A stretch of DNA of 64,000 nucleotides from Azolla caroliniana (lineage: Eukaryota; Plantae; Polypodiophyta): the NCBI GenBank assembly GCA_043228905.1, contig JBHGNT010000020.1:8866001-8930000 (forward strand), given 5' to 3'. The notes under the pieces are model-generated. The model was not told the DNA's origin. It saw nothing but the letters and a program-made list of their open reading frames with translations, and made no database searches. Within the stretch, counting starts at the first letter, position 1, and the number at the start of each line of letters is the position of its first letter. The translations under genes and the position numbers were made by a program. Below are positions 1-12,407 of the stretch, one piece after another.

Positions 1-3000
1 GGGTGTCTTACTAGTCCGATTCTCTTTCGGCATGCATCCAACTTGTCGGGTATCAGCACTTTGGTCAGCATATCTGACCCGTTCTCGGTTGTGTGGATCT
101 TCATCAGCGCGAACTCCTGGTCATCTACTCTTTCCCGGATCCAGTGATATCTTCGCTGGATATGCTTCGTCCGAGAATGGTAGGCCGCATTCTTAGCAAG
201 GTGGATGACACTTTGACTGTCGCAATAGAGTCGGTATTCCTCTTGCCGGATACCGAGCTCTCCGATGAAGTCCTTCATCCATAATATTTCCTTGCCGGCT
301 TCCACAACCGCCATGTACTCCGCCTCTGTGGTTGACAATGCAACCATCTTCTGCAGCCTCGACTGCCACGAAACGGCTCCCCTTGCATATGTGATTACAT
401 ACCCGGAAGTAGACCGGCTGGTATCCACATCAGCCGACATGTCTGAATCGGTGAAACCGTCAAGTTGAGGTTTTCCGGAGCCGAATCGGAGACACATAAT
501 TGAAGTGCCCTTCAAATATCGGAGTATCCATTTGACCGCGTTCCAGTGCTCCCTGCCAGGATTGCTCATAAACCGGCTCACCACTCCGATTTTGTATCCT
601 ATGTCCGGTCGGGTACAAACCATTGCGTACATCAAGCTCCCGACGGCAGAGGCATATGGAATCTTCATCATATCCGCCTTCTCTGCTTTCGTCTTCGGGC
701 TTTGCTTACCGGATAGCTTGCAGTTTGCCGAAAGTGTCGATCCGACCGGTTTTGCTTCTGACATGTTGAACCGGTGAAGCACCTTTGTCACGTACTTCTC
801 CTGTGACAGCCATAATTGCTTCTTTGACCGGTCCCGAATGATATGCATCCCCAACATCTGTCTTGCCGGACCCAAGTCTTTCATTGAGAAGGTCCGGTTG
901 AGAGCCTTCTTCAGCATCCGTATTTTGACTTGGTCACGTCCGACGATCAACATGTCATCCACGTACAGAAGGAGTAACAAGAAGTCGCCTCCTTCGAACT
1001 TCTTCACAAACACGTAGTGATCGGCCTGCATCTTGTGGTACCCTTGATCGGTCATGAACTTCCGGTACCATTGACAGGGAGCCTGCTTCAGTCCGTACAG
1101 GCTCTTCTTCAACGGGCATACCAGGTGCTCCTTCCCTTTCTCCACGAATCCTTCCGGTTGTTGCATATAGATCTCCTCTTCGAGGTCGCCATGAAGGAAT
1201 GCCGTCTTCACGTCCAGCTGCTCTACCTCGAGGTCCATGCTTGCTGCTATAGTCAGCACCGTCCGGATGGAGGTCATCTTTACTACCGGGGCAAATATCT
1301 CGTTGAAGTCCACGCCCTTCTTCTGCTGGAACCCCTTCACCACGATCCTGGCTTTGTATCTCGGGGGGTTTCCGACATCTCCGGGTTTCAACTTGTACAC
1401 CCACTTGTTTCGGAGTGCCCGCTTTCCTTTCGACAGCTCCACCAATTTGTACGTATGGTTCTCATGCAAGGAATCCATCTCGTCCTGCATGGCACTTAAC
1501 CATTTTCTGCTGTGGGTGTCATCCTCCGCTTCTTTGAAGCTTTCCGGCTGCCCCTCATCGGTCAGCAGAACATGCTTTGCATCCGGAAATCTCCGGGGGG
1601 CCCTTCTCTCTTTGAGAGGATATCTCCGTCTTGGGCTTCGGTAGCCGGCTCCTCCATTTTCTCTTCATCCGAATCCGATTCGGGGTCTTGGCCGGTTCCG
1701 GTTTCAGCTTCCTCTACTTCTTCTTCTGCCGGTTCGGTATCCTCACCGTAACCGGCTGGTTCCTCGAGTGCTAACCGGTCTCTTGCCGGTTGGGTCTACT
1801 CATTGTAGAGTCTATCCTTACCGGTCGACTTGGAGTTCATTATCTTCTTCTCCAACTCCCAGTCGGCGAGCGTCTTGTCCTTCATGAAGATAATATCTCG
1901 ACTCCGGAATACCTTCTTCTCGACCAGGTCCCACACTCGGTAGCCGAACTCATCGTCACCGTAACCGAGGAATATGCATGGCCGGGTCTTTGGAATATAC
2001 ATAGCCGAAGTACTGCGCTCCGGCATGTGACGTCGTGTCTACTTGACACACATCTGTATGCACCAACTCCAGTGGTACATTACGTCTCATCGGTGGCCTT
2101 GGTCGGAAAGAGGTCCGGTTTCGTTTACCGGCCAGACAATCAGTGCACTTCTCCAAGTGCACATTCTTCACTGGAATGAGGTTGTCGTCTGCAAGACTCT
2201 TCATCCCCTTCTCGCTCATATGACACAGTCTCTTGTGCCAAAGCTCACCGGCAGTGTCGGATGGCACGTTCACTTCTTCCGGACATAACCGGGCATTCAT
2301 CAGGTACAACGTGTTTACCTTCCGGGCCTGAGCCACAATCAGGCTCCCTTTGCTGAACTTCATGACACCGTTCCGGATGCTACCCGTGTAGCCTTCATCA
2401 TCTAGCCGACCGACTGATATCAGGTTCAAACGAACTTCCGGAACGTGTCGGACATCCTTCAACAACAACTTGCATCCGGTTGGTGTTGTCAGCCACACGT
2501 CTCCTATGCCGACAATTCGGCATGTCCCTTCATTTCCCATCCGGACACAGCCGTGATCACCGGCTGAGTAGGATGAGAAGCATTTCCGGTCCGGGGTAAG
2601 GTGGAACGACGCTCCGGAGTCTACCACCCAGGTCATCTCGTCGCCGGCAAGGTTTATCTCACACTCCTCGGTGATGAGCATCAACTCTTCTTCACTTGCC
2701 GTGATTGCCGTCGTCCCCTTCCGGTCAGGCCCCCTCCGGTCTTTACCGTTCCGGTCCGGGGTCCGCTTCGAATCGGTACCGTCGGTCTCCTTATCTTTTC
2801 AGAAATGCCGACAGTTCTTTTGGAAGTGTCCCGGCTTGCCGCAATAGAAGCAAGTAAGCCTCCCCCTTGACTTTGACCGTGTCCCCGACTTCTCCCGGTT
2901 CTGAGGACTACGATTTCTTTGTCTTCCGTGTTCCGATTCGGTAAGGAGCACTTTGGAGTCGGAGCTCGTATCTTTATCTTTCCGACGCGCCTCCTCATCT

Positions 3001-3561
3001 AGCAAGCTCGACTTTACTCTTGCTAGGGATAACCGCTTTCCTTCCAGCCTAGCGTTGCCCAAAGTGACAACCAACGTCTCCCAGCTATCCGGGAGGGAAC
3101 CGAGCAGGAGTAGCGCAAGTACCTCATCAGCGAGAGGTACTTCCAATGAAGTTGCCTGGTGGATCAGCCCCTGTAAGGCATTCATGTGCTCCGCCATGCT
3201 GGAGCCATCTTGGTACCGGAGTCTTACTAGCTTCCGGAATACCGACACCTGGTTAACAGCATTTTCGTTCTGAAACATTATGTCGAACTTCTCCCAGAGC
3301 TCATGACCCTTGCTCTCTTCATTGAAGTTGTTGTAGAGGCTCATGTCGATGAAGCACTGTACGTACGCCGTTGTCTTCATGTGCATCACCTCCCATATCG
3401 CGGCGTCGATTTTGTCCGGTCTCTTGTCCCCGAACTGAACCGGCAGCCAGAGGTCTTTAACCACGAGCATATCCCTCATCTTCGACTTCCACACTGAATA
3501 GTTGGAGCCGATGAGCTTGAACATGCCGCCAAACGATTCGTCCATTTTCTGTGTTGATTTC

Positions 3562-3573
3562 GCTCTGATACCA
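3562..3573 (-). promoter_or_regulatory. Primer binding site (tRNA-iMet) of copia copy A
   Basis: Minus strand TGGTATCAGAGC, 2 nt inside the LTR end; same motif at 25558-25569. Confidence 0.92.
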
Positions 3574-3575
3574 CT

Positions 3576-3848
3576 TGATGGGAATTGATCGTTCCTTATG
3601 CGTAACGTTCGCCACAACCGAGATTCTTTTCATACGCAGAAAACAAGAAATGAAGTGCGACACAAAGGAGAGGAAGATACATAGGAGGTTAACGTGTAAA
3701 ATCCCAAACAAGGGAAAAAAAAAAACCACGGCAGCCCACAGGCTGCAAACTGTCACTATGTATGAATGTACAAAAGAGTGAGTTCACGGAGGCAACGACC
3801 TCGGACTCACAATCTTCGCCATAGGCAGCGGTTACAATAGAGGCAATG

Positions 3849-3893
<45 letters not shown>

Positions 3894-4381
3894 CAGTTAC
3901 GCACACTAATCTCGTGTAATATAGAAAAATGACAACCACAAACAATATTAGTTTGCCCTAAGTCATATTTATACTAATATAACTTTTCGGCTATTTACAA
4001 ATATAGCCACGATGGGCTCTCAGAAACATATTTACGAATATGTCTCTTCCTCCGGTTCATACCGGGTCTGCACCATCCGGCTCTCTGTAGCCGGGTACTC
4101 CGCATCCGGTTCGTACCGGGCCTGCACCATCCGGCTCTCCGTAGCCTGGTACTCCTCATCCAGTTCATACCGGGCCTGCATCATCCAGCTCTCCGTAGCC
4201 GGGTACTCCTCATCCGGTTCATACCGGGTCTGCATCATCCGGCTCTCCGTAGCCGGGTACTCCTCATCCTGTTCATACCGGGTCCCAATCATCCGGCTCT
4301 CCGTAGCCAGGTCCACCTCATACGGTTTCCCATCGGCACTGTTCTTGCCCTTTCCTATCCGGAGGAACCTGTCTCCCAACA
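3576..4381 (-). repeat. 5' LTR of copia (about 806 bp)
   Basis: TG...CA ends (minus TGTTGGGAGAC...CCCATCA); homologous to 11722-, 25572-26377, 55553-56309 and 59640-60394; followed by GCAAC target-site copy; TATAAAT near 3970; (CT)n tract 3851-3890. Confidence 0.93.
4052..4311. repeat. 54-bp CCGG-rich tandem array in the U3 region of the copia LTR (about 4.8 units)
   Basis: Unit ccggttcataccgggtctgcaccatccggctctctgtagccgggtactccgcat starts at 4052, 4106, 4160, 4214 and 4268; it produces the spurious 18-aa-periodic ORFs. Confidence 0.9.
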
Positions 4382-4680
4382 GCAACCTCCATCGCCATCC
4401 AGAATTTTTGCATGCAATTGTTAATCTAGCAAAAGTCATGTGAGCACAAATTTAAGATTAAAAGTCAAGCAAATGTAAAAGCATATGAGTGCAAAATTCA
4501 TGTGAACCTTGTTTTATCCGACTTGATCACTCTTAGCTCAACATGAGAGCCAATTGCATCATCTGTCATAGTTTGTCGAAGCTCCTTCAAAGAGTCAAAT
4601 TGCCTTCCCTCCACCAAAGCCATTCTATGAGAGACATCAAACATCGAAATGAGAGCGAGATAGAGAGAAGAAGAAGAAGA
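4382..4680 (-). pseudogene. 5' fragment of MULE (MuDR) transposase flanking the copia LTR
   Basis: Matches 11071-11370 and 33603-33905 (MALVEGRQFDSLKELRQ...KSDKTR, intron, LTIACKNSGWRWRL). Confidence 0.8.
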
Positions 4681-4939
4681 AAGCATTGGATCTATACAAA
4701 ACGATGAGAAACGTTGATGTTTCTTCTTCACATCCAAATGAACATACTTTGGCACATCTTACGAGCTTGTGGATTGGTTAACTAAACACTTGTAATTCAC
4801 TTCGTATCAATTGGCGCAAGAACACAAGGACCGGGAAATGATCCAATGCGCACTGTTAGGCGAAACTGAGCCTAAGGATGAGCAAGAGCTGTAGAGAATC
4901 GGCTGACAACAGGATCTCAAGAATAAAGGGGTGGCTATT

Positions 4940-6990
4940 CAAATGCCTCCTATGCATATAGCTTTGGTCATAGCAGATAAAGGGAAAGACTCTAACATGT
5001 ATCGATGTGTACGGTTTCCCTGTTCCGCAAAAAATATGGTTTTGTAGTCAGGTGAAACATCTATCGTATAATGTGTGAAGCGTGAGCCTCCACATTTGTC
5101 CCTTGTCAAGACACATTGGCATTGCAAAAAGGCCTCATTTATAGAGGAATCTAGTGATGCATCATGAAGCAAGTGTCTCACATCCCATCTAGCAAACCAT
5201 TTTTCTTTATCTTGCATCCAATCGGAACACAAAATTTTGCTTTTATGCGTCTTTTGGATCTTTTTGCTTGCTTCCCATGCAAATCTAGGAAGTCGATGTG
5301 AGGGACTTTTTTGAGCCTTAAGCATGTATTCAACAACCCTTTCCATGGCCATGATCTCAATGGGAAGCGAGCCAGTCTCAAGGAGGAGGAGGGTGTAGGG
5401 CGTTTGTTTCTTAACTTGTAGAAACTTTGTAAGAAAATGTCTATGGACCTTTTCAAACTCTTTCCACGTAGATTTTGGGATGCTATGGCCCCATACTTCC
5501 ACCCCATAGAGAAGGACCGATGTCACCAAAGTGTCGAAAAGATATTTCTTGAGGACCCAACACTTAATAGCTCCAAGATTGCATGTGTTGTCAAATGCAT
5601 ACATAGTATGCTCGCTTACCCGCCTCTAAGCGGTGTGTAGCACATTCATTTATCATTTGCAAGAACTTCGAGGCCAAGATATTTGAAGCTTTTCACATAT
5701 TCAAGTGGCTCACTATTGTACATAATGCATGGTTTATCTTTTTTTATTTTTCACAAGCATAATCTTTGTTTTAGAGCTATTGACACATAGTTTACGATGC
5801 ACGGAAAATTTTTCCAATGACTTCATAAGCTTTTGTGCATTTCCTAAAGTATTTGCAAAAAACACTACATCATCTGCATATAGCAAAAGCGTAATCACAA
5901 CATCCCTAATGACAACTTCTTCAACACATTCTTCCTGTGCAAACTTGGTAACCATTTCTTCCAATTCATCAATGCATAGACCAAATAGTGTTGGTAAGAG
6001 TGGGCATCCTTGCTTAACACCAATAGTGCTATTAAAAAAATTTGAAAGTCTATATCTCATACACACACAACATATAACCTTCTGATAAATTCGAGAAATT
6101 ACAAGCATATATTCACTTGGCACCTCAAGTTCTTCCATTCGCCTCCAAAGATGCTCACGAGGTACCATATCAAAAGCTTTCTTGATGTCTACAAAGCAAC
6201 AATATAAACCTTTACATCTAAGGTGACTTTCCTCTATTAATACTCAAAGGGTGAAAAGGTGATCAATGGTATTATGGTGTTTTCGAAAGCCAGCTTGTCC
6301 ATAAGCTCTCTTACCATGTTTTTTAGCAAATACACTTATCTTTAATTCATTATACATCCAAATAGTTTTGCCATTAATGAGGCAACCATCATGGTACGAT
6401 AGTTGTTTACATTGTTTACATCTCCACCTTTATGTAAAGGTTTGATCCAATTTGTAGTCCAATTATACGGCATACCATGTTGCAATGCATCATTAAACAT
6501 ATCACTTATCCATACATATGTTTCCTTTCACGTCCATTTGAGCATTTTAGCCTTTATACATTGAAGATCACTTGCCTTTCGAGAGGCCAATTTCTTAAGT
6601 CCTATGCATAAAAGAAAGGAGACATATGTGAAAGAGAACCATAACAAATCATCTTTCCGGCAAGAGATAATTCATATAAATTCATACAATGCATAGACAA
6701 GTCATGAAGAGTTAAGTCACCATAACTCTCAACATGTTTCCCCTTTAGATTTCCCCAAAATTTGTCACATGCATGTGCTTTCTCTTGCGTTTGGATAAAT
6801 TGTTGAGTAACTTCCCATATTCTTCTCTTTCTCTGAATAAGCCATTTATACTCATGCAAATGCTTTTGGTAATTTTCTTTATCCTTAACTATATCCTAAA
6901 TCATAAGGCACTTTCGAGCTTCACGACATTTTTTATCAAACCATTTTTTCCTAAATTTCTTGGTGCATTTCCCCTTATCAAAACTACAAC
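4940..6990 (-). pseudogene. LINE ORF2 reverse transcriptase fragment, copy 1
   Basis: GVKQGCPLLPTLF, LLYADDVVF, FKYLG and LLYGVEVWG motifs, with stops and frameshifts. Confidence 0.9.
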
Positions 6991-7200
6991 GCATGTACCA
7001 TAGGAAACGATTGCATATAATGGAAGCCCGAATTGGTTTGTTATAAATGTCAAGTCGATTGCCCAAGAGTTGTTTAGGGTCAACCGCTCACACATTTCCA
7101 ATATCCATTGTTTAGTCCATTGTTTAGGGTCCACCGCTCACACACATCAAATAGGTCATCGTTGCAACAACTTATGACATTGGGGTGTGCTGGCAAATGG
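6990..7200 (-). pseudogene. Short fragment of a second MULE-type transposase domain
   Basis: WAIDLTF(K)TNQFGLPLYAIV resembles the MULE DxTFKTNxYxxPL motif; copies at about 28990-29230 and 39190-39420. Confidence 0.55.
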
Positions 7201-7224
7201 TACACATCTTCGTCTTCATCATCT

Positions 7225-7910
7225 TCTTCAGAGAAAGCACCTTCTTTCAACCTCACAATGCATTATTTGGCTTTCATTGATTAATCCTGAGTTGCAACAT
7301 GCTTTGAGAATGCTTATAAATGTAACAATATTAAGGAAGATACCATTAGATTGCATCTTTTCAAAGCATTCAACTGCTTCTTCAGATTTTCCATATGTAA
7401 CTTCTCACCCATTCTTCTCAACATAGAGCTACAATTCTCAAGCTTAGATCTTCTTTGACACATTTGATTCATCTCCTCTTCTTTCCTTTTTAAGGCCTCA
7501 ATGCATCTAAGAAGAGAATTTCTGACCGCATTGAAGACAAGAATATCCCAATTTCACAACTCTATCAAATATATTCCTTGCCTTTTCTAAGCTTTCACAA
7601 GTCGAATACAGGTTGACTAGTGCATTTCCAATTGTAACATCTGAGTCCAGACCATTTTTGAGAATTTGATCATAAATCAGTTGTCCTTCTAAAGCTTCGA
7701 TCATTGTGCATGATTTTAGAACAGATGAGAATATAAAGCTACTAGGTTTTACGTGCTTCTTTTGCATTTTCTCAAATACCAATAATGCCAAGAGTCCATA
7801 GCCATTCTGGCCATATCCAACAATGAGAGAACCCCACAAGACAACATCTTTCTTGGGTGAGATGTCAAATAATTTCTGAGCCTCTTGAATAGCTCCATGA
7901 TTCGAATATA
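7225..7910 (-). pseudogene. PLS-type PPR gene fragments (two joined pieces)
   Basis: WGSLIVGYGQNG...FEKMQKKHVKPSSFIFSSVLKSC...GNALVNLYSTC; a longer copy lies at 29240-30720. Confidence 0.85.
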
Positions 7911-8498
7911 GTTACTCAAATGTTTATTTTCATTTTCTTTTGTCAAACAACAATCATGAAGAGTGAAACAACAAAGATTCTGCATTTATATCTAATTTTA
8001 GGCGAATTTCGTCCTTTTTCCCATACAATAACATTCTGCACAAAAGAACAATAGTTTCCACATAGTTACTACTATATTTCTCTCATATAAGAACGACGAC
8101 TACTAGCATTAGACATACATAAGGATAAGTAGCAAAAGCACAAAGAACATTGTACAATAGCTACTAATGTTAGATGAATTTATTCTCAGTTTCACTCATA
8201 CAAAACAAAAGTATTTACTGCCAATCTCAAATGAATTTATTTCCAATTTTATTCTTATAACAAATCATCGTAATGATTCTTACTACTAATTTCACATAAA
8301 CCTCTTCCATTCCTTTCCCATACGAAACTAGTTACAATGAAATACTTACCTGTCCATCTCTTACTTATACACAAGAACATCAAATACGTGTAATTCCAAA
8401 TTTTACCAATCCAATACAAAAAGTGTAATTCCAAAAATATCCACAAAATCAAATATATCTATCGACTAAACAAAATATCTAATAATGCACAATCATCA

Positions 8499-11312
8499 CT
8501 AAATTGGGGCCCTACAACTGCGAGCATTGGGTCCTTTCCTACGACACCTTCAACAACGATGTTCTTTCTTCTTTGTGCCTTCTTCTATTGTGCGTATACG
8601 TTTGGTTTTTAGACGTCCCGGAGGTCTTCGTGTGGCTGGTGGTAACATGCCTGGAACAAAATTATCATGCGTAACAACAACAGGAAATATTGGCTTCTTG
8701 TAAGTTTCAAAATATGATTGCAACAAATATGCCTTGTGTGCAAAAGATTGAACTCTTTCTTTTCGAAACAAAATAGTGGCCGCTGCATGTGCACAAGGTA
8801 ACCCCATCTCCTGCCATTGTCCACAAGTACATATCTTCTTATCCACCTAAACAATCCTAACATGTTTCGGAGTATGGATCTCAAAAACATCATTAGTGGA
8901 TGGCAAAATACGATATAGTCTTCCATCTTGTATGGATTCTCTAATAAATTTCTCTGCATATCCAACCAATGCATTATGTGTTATCTCTCCATTAACCAAT
9001 CCAGTACGTTGTCGTGAAGATTTTCGGCAATAGTGTGAAAATCCTATAAAACGTACGAAATCGAGTATGAATCACGTAGTACAATAACTGTGAAGATAAC
9101 ATTTTAAATAGATTTAATATCTAAGTACAAAATGATGGAGGTTTCGAATGCACTTTATTACACGAGAAACGAACAACTAAATGTCAAGATATAAGGGTAT
9201 AAAGTTTGTGAAAAGAAAAGAGAAAATTGTGAGATATCCCACATAGGCACGACAAATACGGCTCTCATCATATATAAGGTGGAGCAAAAGATATTATCTT
9301 TGTGTCTATGTGTGGAGCATAGAGAGTTCAAGGTAACTTGAACTAAGAGTGGAGGTGGCTAGCTACTCGTAAAGGGTTTTGGCCAACCCAAACCGGACCG
9401 GCGATGGAGTCGGTGATCCAACGGCAATCCGGCGTCGGTGATCCGACGACATCCGACCGCAATCCGGAGTCGGTATCCGGCGGCGGCACCGGTATCCGAC
9501 GACTAGATAAAATAAATATATAAATATATATACATATTTACATATACAAGAAGGGCAAGTATGGATTTGAACATTGCACCTCTAGGTTAGGAGTCAAATG
9601 GCTTACCATTAAGCCATGGTATTTAGTTGAAATCATATTTCTATCATTGTACTTTTACATGTAAATTCTCATACATGAGAGCTAAAATGAGTGAGATGGT
9701 TAGCATGCAGCACATGTAATACTTAAGCGCCAAATGGCAAACATACAATTTATGCATGTCTTGTACCCTCACATGCATCATATGCATGAGAGCATCTATA
9801 AAAGAGGGAAGGGTGAGGAGAAAAAACACGGTTTTTTTTTATGAAAATTAAGAAGAAGAAATTCATTATCAAATCAATCGTGTAATCTCATCTTCTCTCT
9901 TTCCCAATCTATCTTAAGTGCTTTCTCGCCAAAGCTTGTATCGACTCTAAATCCTTTTGGTCCAGAACCCCGGCGGTTCCACCTCACGATCCGCGCGTAG
10001 TGACGGATCTTCACGACAACGTGCTTTAGAAGTTTCTCCATTAACCCTCCTTTCATAAAACCATGACATTATCTTCTTGCGTATCAATTCCATCATCCCT
10101 AGAATAGGCATAGCTCTAGCCTCTAACAACCATGCATTTAGGGACTCGGCAATGTTAGATGTCAAGTGTCCAAACCTTTTCCCTCAAAACTTACATGTAG
10201 CCCAATGTGAGGGGTCGGCGATGCTCATTAGCCATTCAGTTGCATTACTATTTAAAGTACGAATTTCTCCAATGATAACATCAAAGTCTTGAGTATTAGT
10301 TGCATCTACAGCTTTCCACAACATCCCCAATAGTTGAGTGCTTTTAAAAGCTTTTCTAAAATTGTCTCATAAATGGCGCATGCAATATCCATGTGATGAA
10401 TCATTGCCAAACACCAACATGACACCATCCACTAAACCCTTTTGTCTATCTGAAATAAACGTTAGTGGATCTGTGTGTCAAAGAACATCCTTCAAACTTT
10501 GAAGAAACCAACACCAATCATCATCATTCTCTACTATTACTACACCAAATGCAATCGGAAACAAAGCACCTTGTGCATCGATGGTAGTAGTCGTGAGAAG
10601 GATTCCTAGGTATTTTCCTTTCAAATGAGTTCCATCTAGACCAATTATTGGTTTACAATGCATGAAACCATTTATGCTTGCATTGTAAGCAATGAATATG
10701 CGAAGAAAGCGGCCTTCAATTGTTTCTTGAAAATGTGCCACACTACCAGGATTAGCTTCTAAAATGTTTTGGCAATAATTTCGAAGATTTTGATATGCAA
10801 ATACATGTTCCCCATGGATTTGAGCATTTGCACTTTCTTTTGCTTTCCACGCTACCCTGTAAGAGATAGTGACGCCTTTTTCACGACGCACATCACCAAT
10901 TAGTTCCTTTGGTGTGTATGTAGGATGATCTTTAAACTTCTCCAATGTTGTTTCAGCCAATCATTTTGAGCTTACTTCTTTGTTCCCTAAGTGTTGAGTG
11001 CCACCACATTTATGTTCTTCCCTATTCTTCTTGATTTGGCATTTTGGAATTCCGTCAATACAAGATGCATGCAACCTCCATCGCCATCCAGAATTTTTGC
11101 ATGCAATTGTTAATCTAGCAAAAGTCATGTGAGCACAAATTTAAGATTAAAAGTCAAGCGAATGTAAAAGCATATGAGTGCAAAATTCATGTGAACCTTG
11201 TTTTATCCGACTTGATCACTCTTAGCTCAACATGAGAGCCAATTGCATCATCTGTCACAGTTTGTCGAAGCTCCTTCAAAGAGTCAAATTGCCTTCCCTC
11301 CACCAAAGCCAT
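8499..11312 (-). pseudogene. MULE/MuDR transposase pseudogene (MuDR, MULE DDE, SWIM), interrupted by a solo LTR
   Basis: IGLDGTHLKGKYLG, TSNIAESLNAWL, CTCGQWQ..GLPCAHA (SWIM) and PPGR.KTKR motifs; in-frame stops; the uninterrupted copy is at 32044-33844. Confidence 0.92.
9010..10018 (+). mobile_element. Solo LTR of gypsy family 2 with a 4-bp ACGT target-site duplication
   Basis: TGTCGTGAAGAT...ATCTTCACGACA 12-bp inverted ends; ACGT at 9006-9009 and 10019-10022; empty site CCAGTACGTGCT at about 32546-32557; reverse complement of LTR 52170-53201. Confidence 0.95.
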
Positions 11313-11374
11313 TCTATGAGAGACATCAAACATCGAAATGAGAGCGAGATAGAGAGAAGAAGAAGAAGAAGAAA

Positions 11375-11640
11375 GCATTGGATCTATACAAAACGATGAG
11401 AAACGTTGATGTTTCTTCTTCACATCCAAATGAACATACTTTTGTTGCTTTACTCAAGGCTTGTATAAGGTTAAGAGACATGAGAACAAGTTTTCATGTA
11501 CATGTAGAATGTGATTCGAGAGGTTTCCTACATAGTGATATCTCATTGGCTACCACTTTGGTTGATACATATGCAAAATGTGGCTCAATCGAGAGAGCTA
11601 GACAAGTTTTCGATAAATTACATGTTAGAGATACAATCTT
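11375..11640 (+). pseudogene. PPR gene fragment
   Basis: LDLYKTM...PNEHTFVALLKAC...TTLVDTYAKCGSIERARQVFDKL; copy at 33908-34190. Confidence 0.85.
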
Positions 11641-12407
11641 TGAGTGCCACCACATTTATGTTCTTCCCTATTCTTCTGGATTTGGCATTTTGTACCTCCT
11701 TCAATACAAGATGCATGCAACTGACGGGAACTGATCGTTCCTTATGCGCAACGCTCGGCCACAACCGAGATTCTTTTCATACACAGAAAACGAGAAATGA
11801 AGCGCTACACAAAGGAGAGGAAGATACACAGGAGGTTAACGTGGAAAATCCCAAACTAGGGAAAAAAAAAAAACCACGGCAGCCCACAGGCTGCAAACTG
11901 TCACTATGTATGAATGTACAAAAAAGTGAGTTCACGGAGGCAACGACCTCGGACTCACGATCTTCGCCACAGGCAACGGTTACAACAGAGGCAACGACCT
12001 CTTTCTTTCTTTCTCTCTCTCTCTCTGTATAGTTACGCACACTAATCTCGTGTAATACAAAAAAATGACAACCACAAACAATATTAGTTTGCCCTAAGTC
12101 ATATTTATACTAATATGACTTTTCGGCTATTTACAAATATAGCCACGATGGGCTCTCAGAAACATATTTACGAATATGTCTCTTCCTCCGGTTCATACCG
12201 GGTCTGCACCATCCGGATCTCCGTAGCCGGGTACTCCTCATCCGGTTCGTATCGGGCCTGCACCATCCAGCTCTCCGTAGCTGGGTACTCCTCATCCAGT
12301 TCATACCGGGCCTGGATCATCCGGCTCTCCGTAGCCGAGTACTCCTCATCCGGTTCATACCGGGTCTGCATCATCCGGCTCTCCGTAGCCAGGACGATTC
12401 CTGCAAA

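Larger units (their letters stand above)
1..4381 (-). mobile_element. Ty1/copia LTR retrotransposon (Tnt1/Tork-like), copy A: runs off the left edge, integrase core missing, chimeric
   Basis: Gag ORF 2799-3617 (CFYCGKPGHFQKNC zinc knuckle), protease WVVDSGASFH, GAG-pre-integrase LWHKRLCHMS, and RT/RNaseH near-identical to 60418-62410. PBS and 5' LTR present. About 0.5 kb of integrase is missing at 1992-2006. Confidence 0.95.

Noticed and set aside
4052-4311. CRISPR-like regular repeat
   Set aside because: Head-to-tail units with no unique spacers, inside a eukaryotic LTR.
4012-4443. Repetitive ORFs on both strands (also 12115-12627, 26008-26439, 55965-56528, 60050-60613)
   Set aside because: By-products of the stop-free 54-bp LTR tandem repeat.
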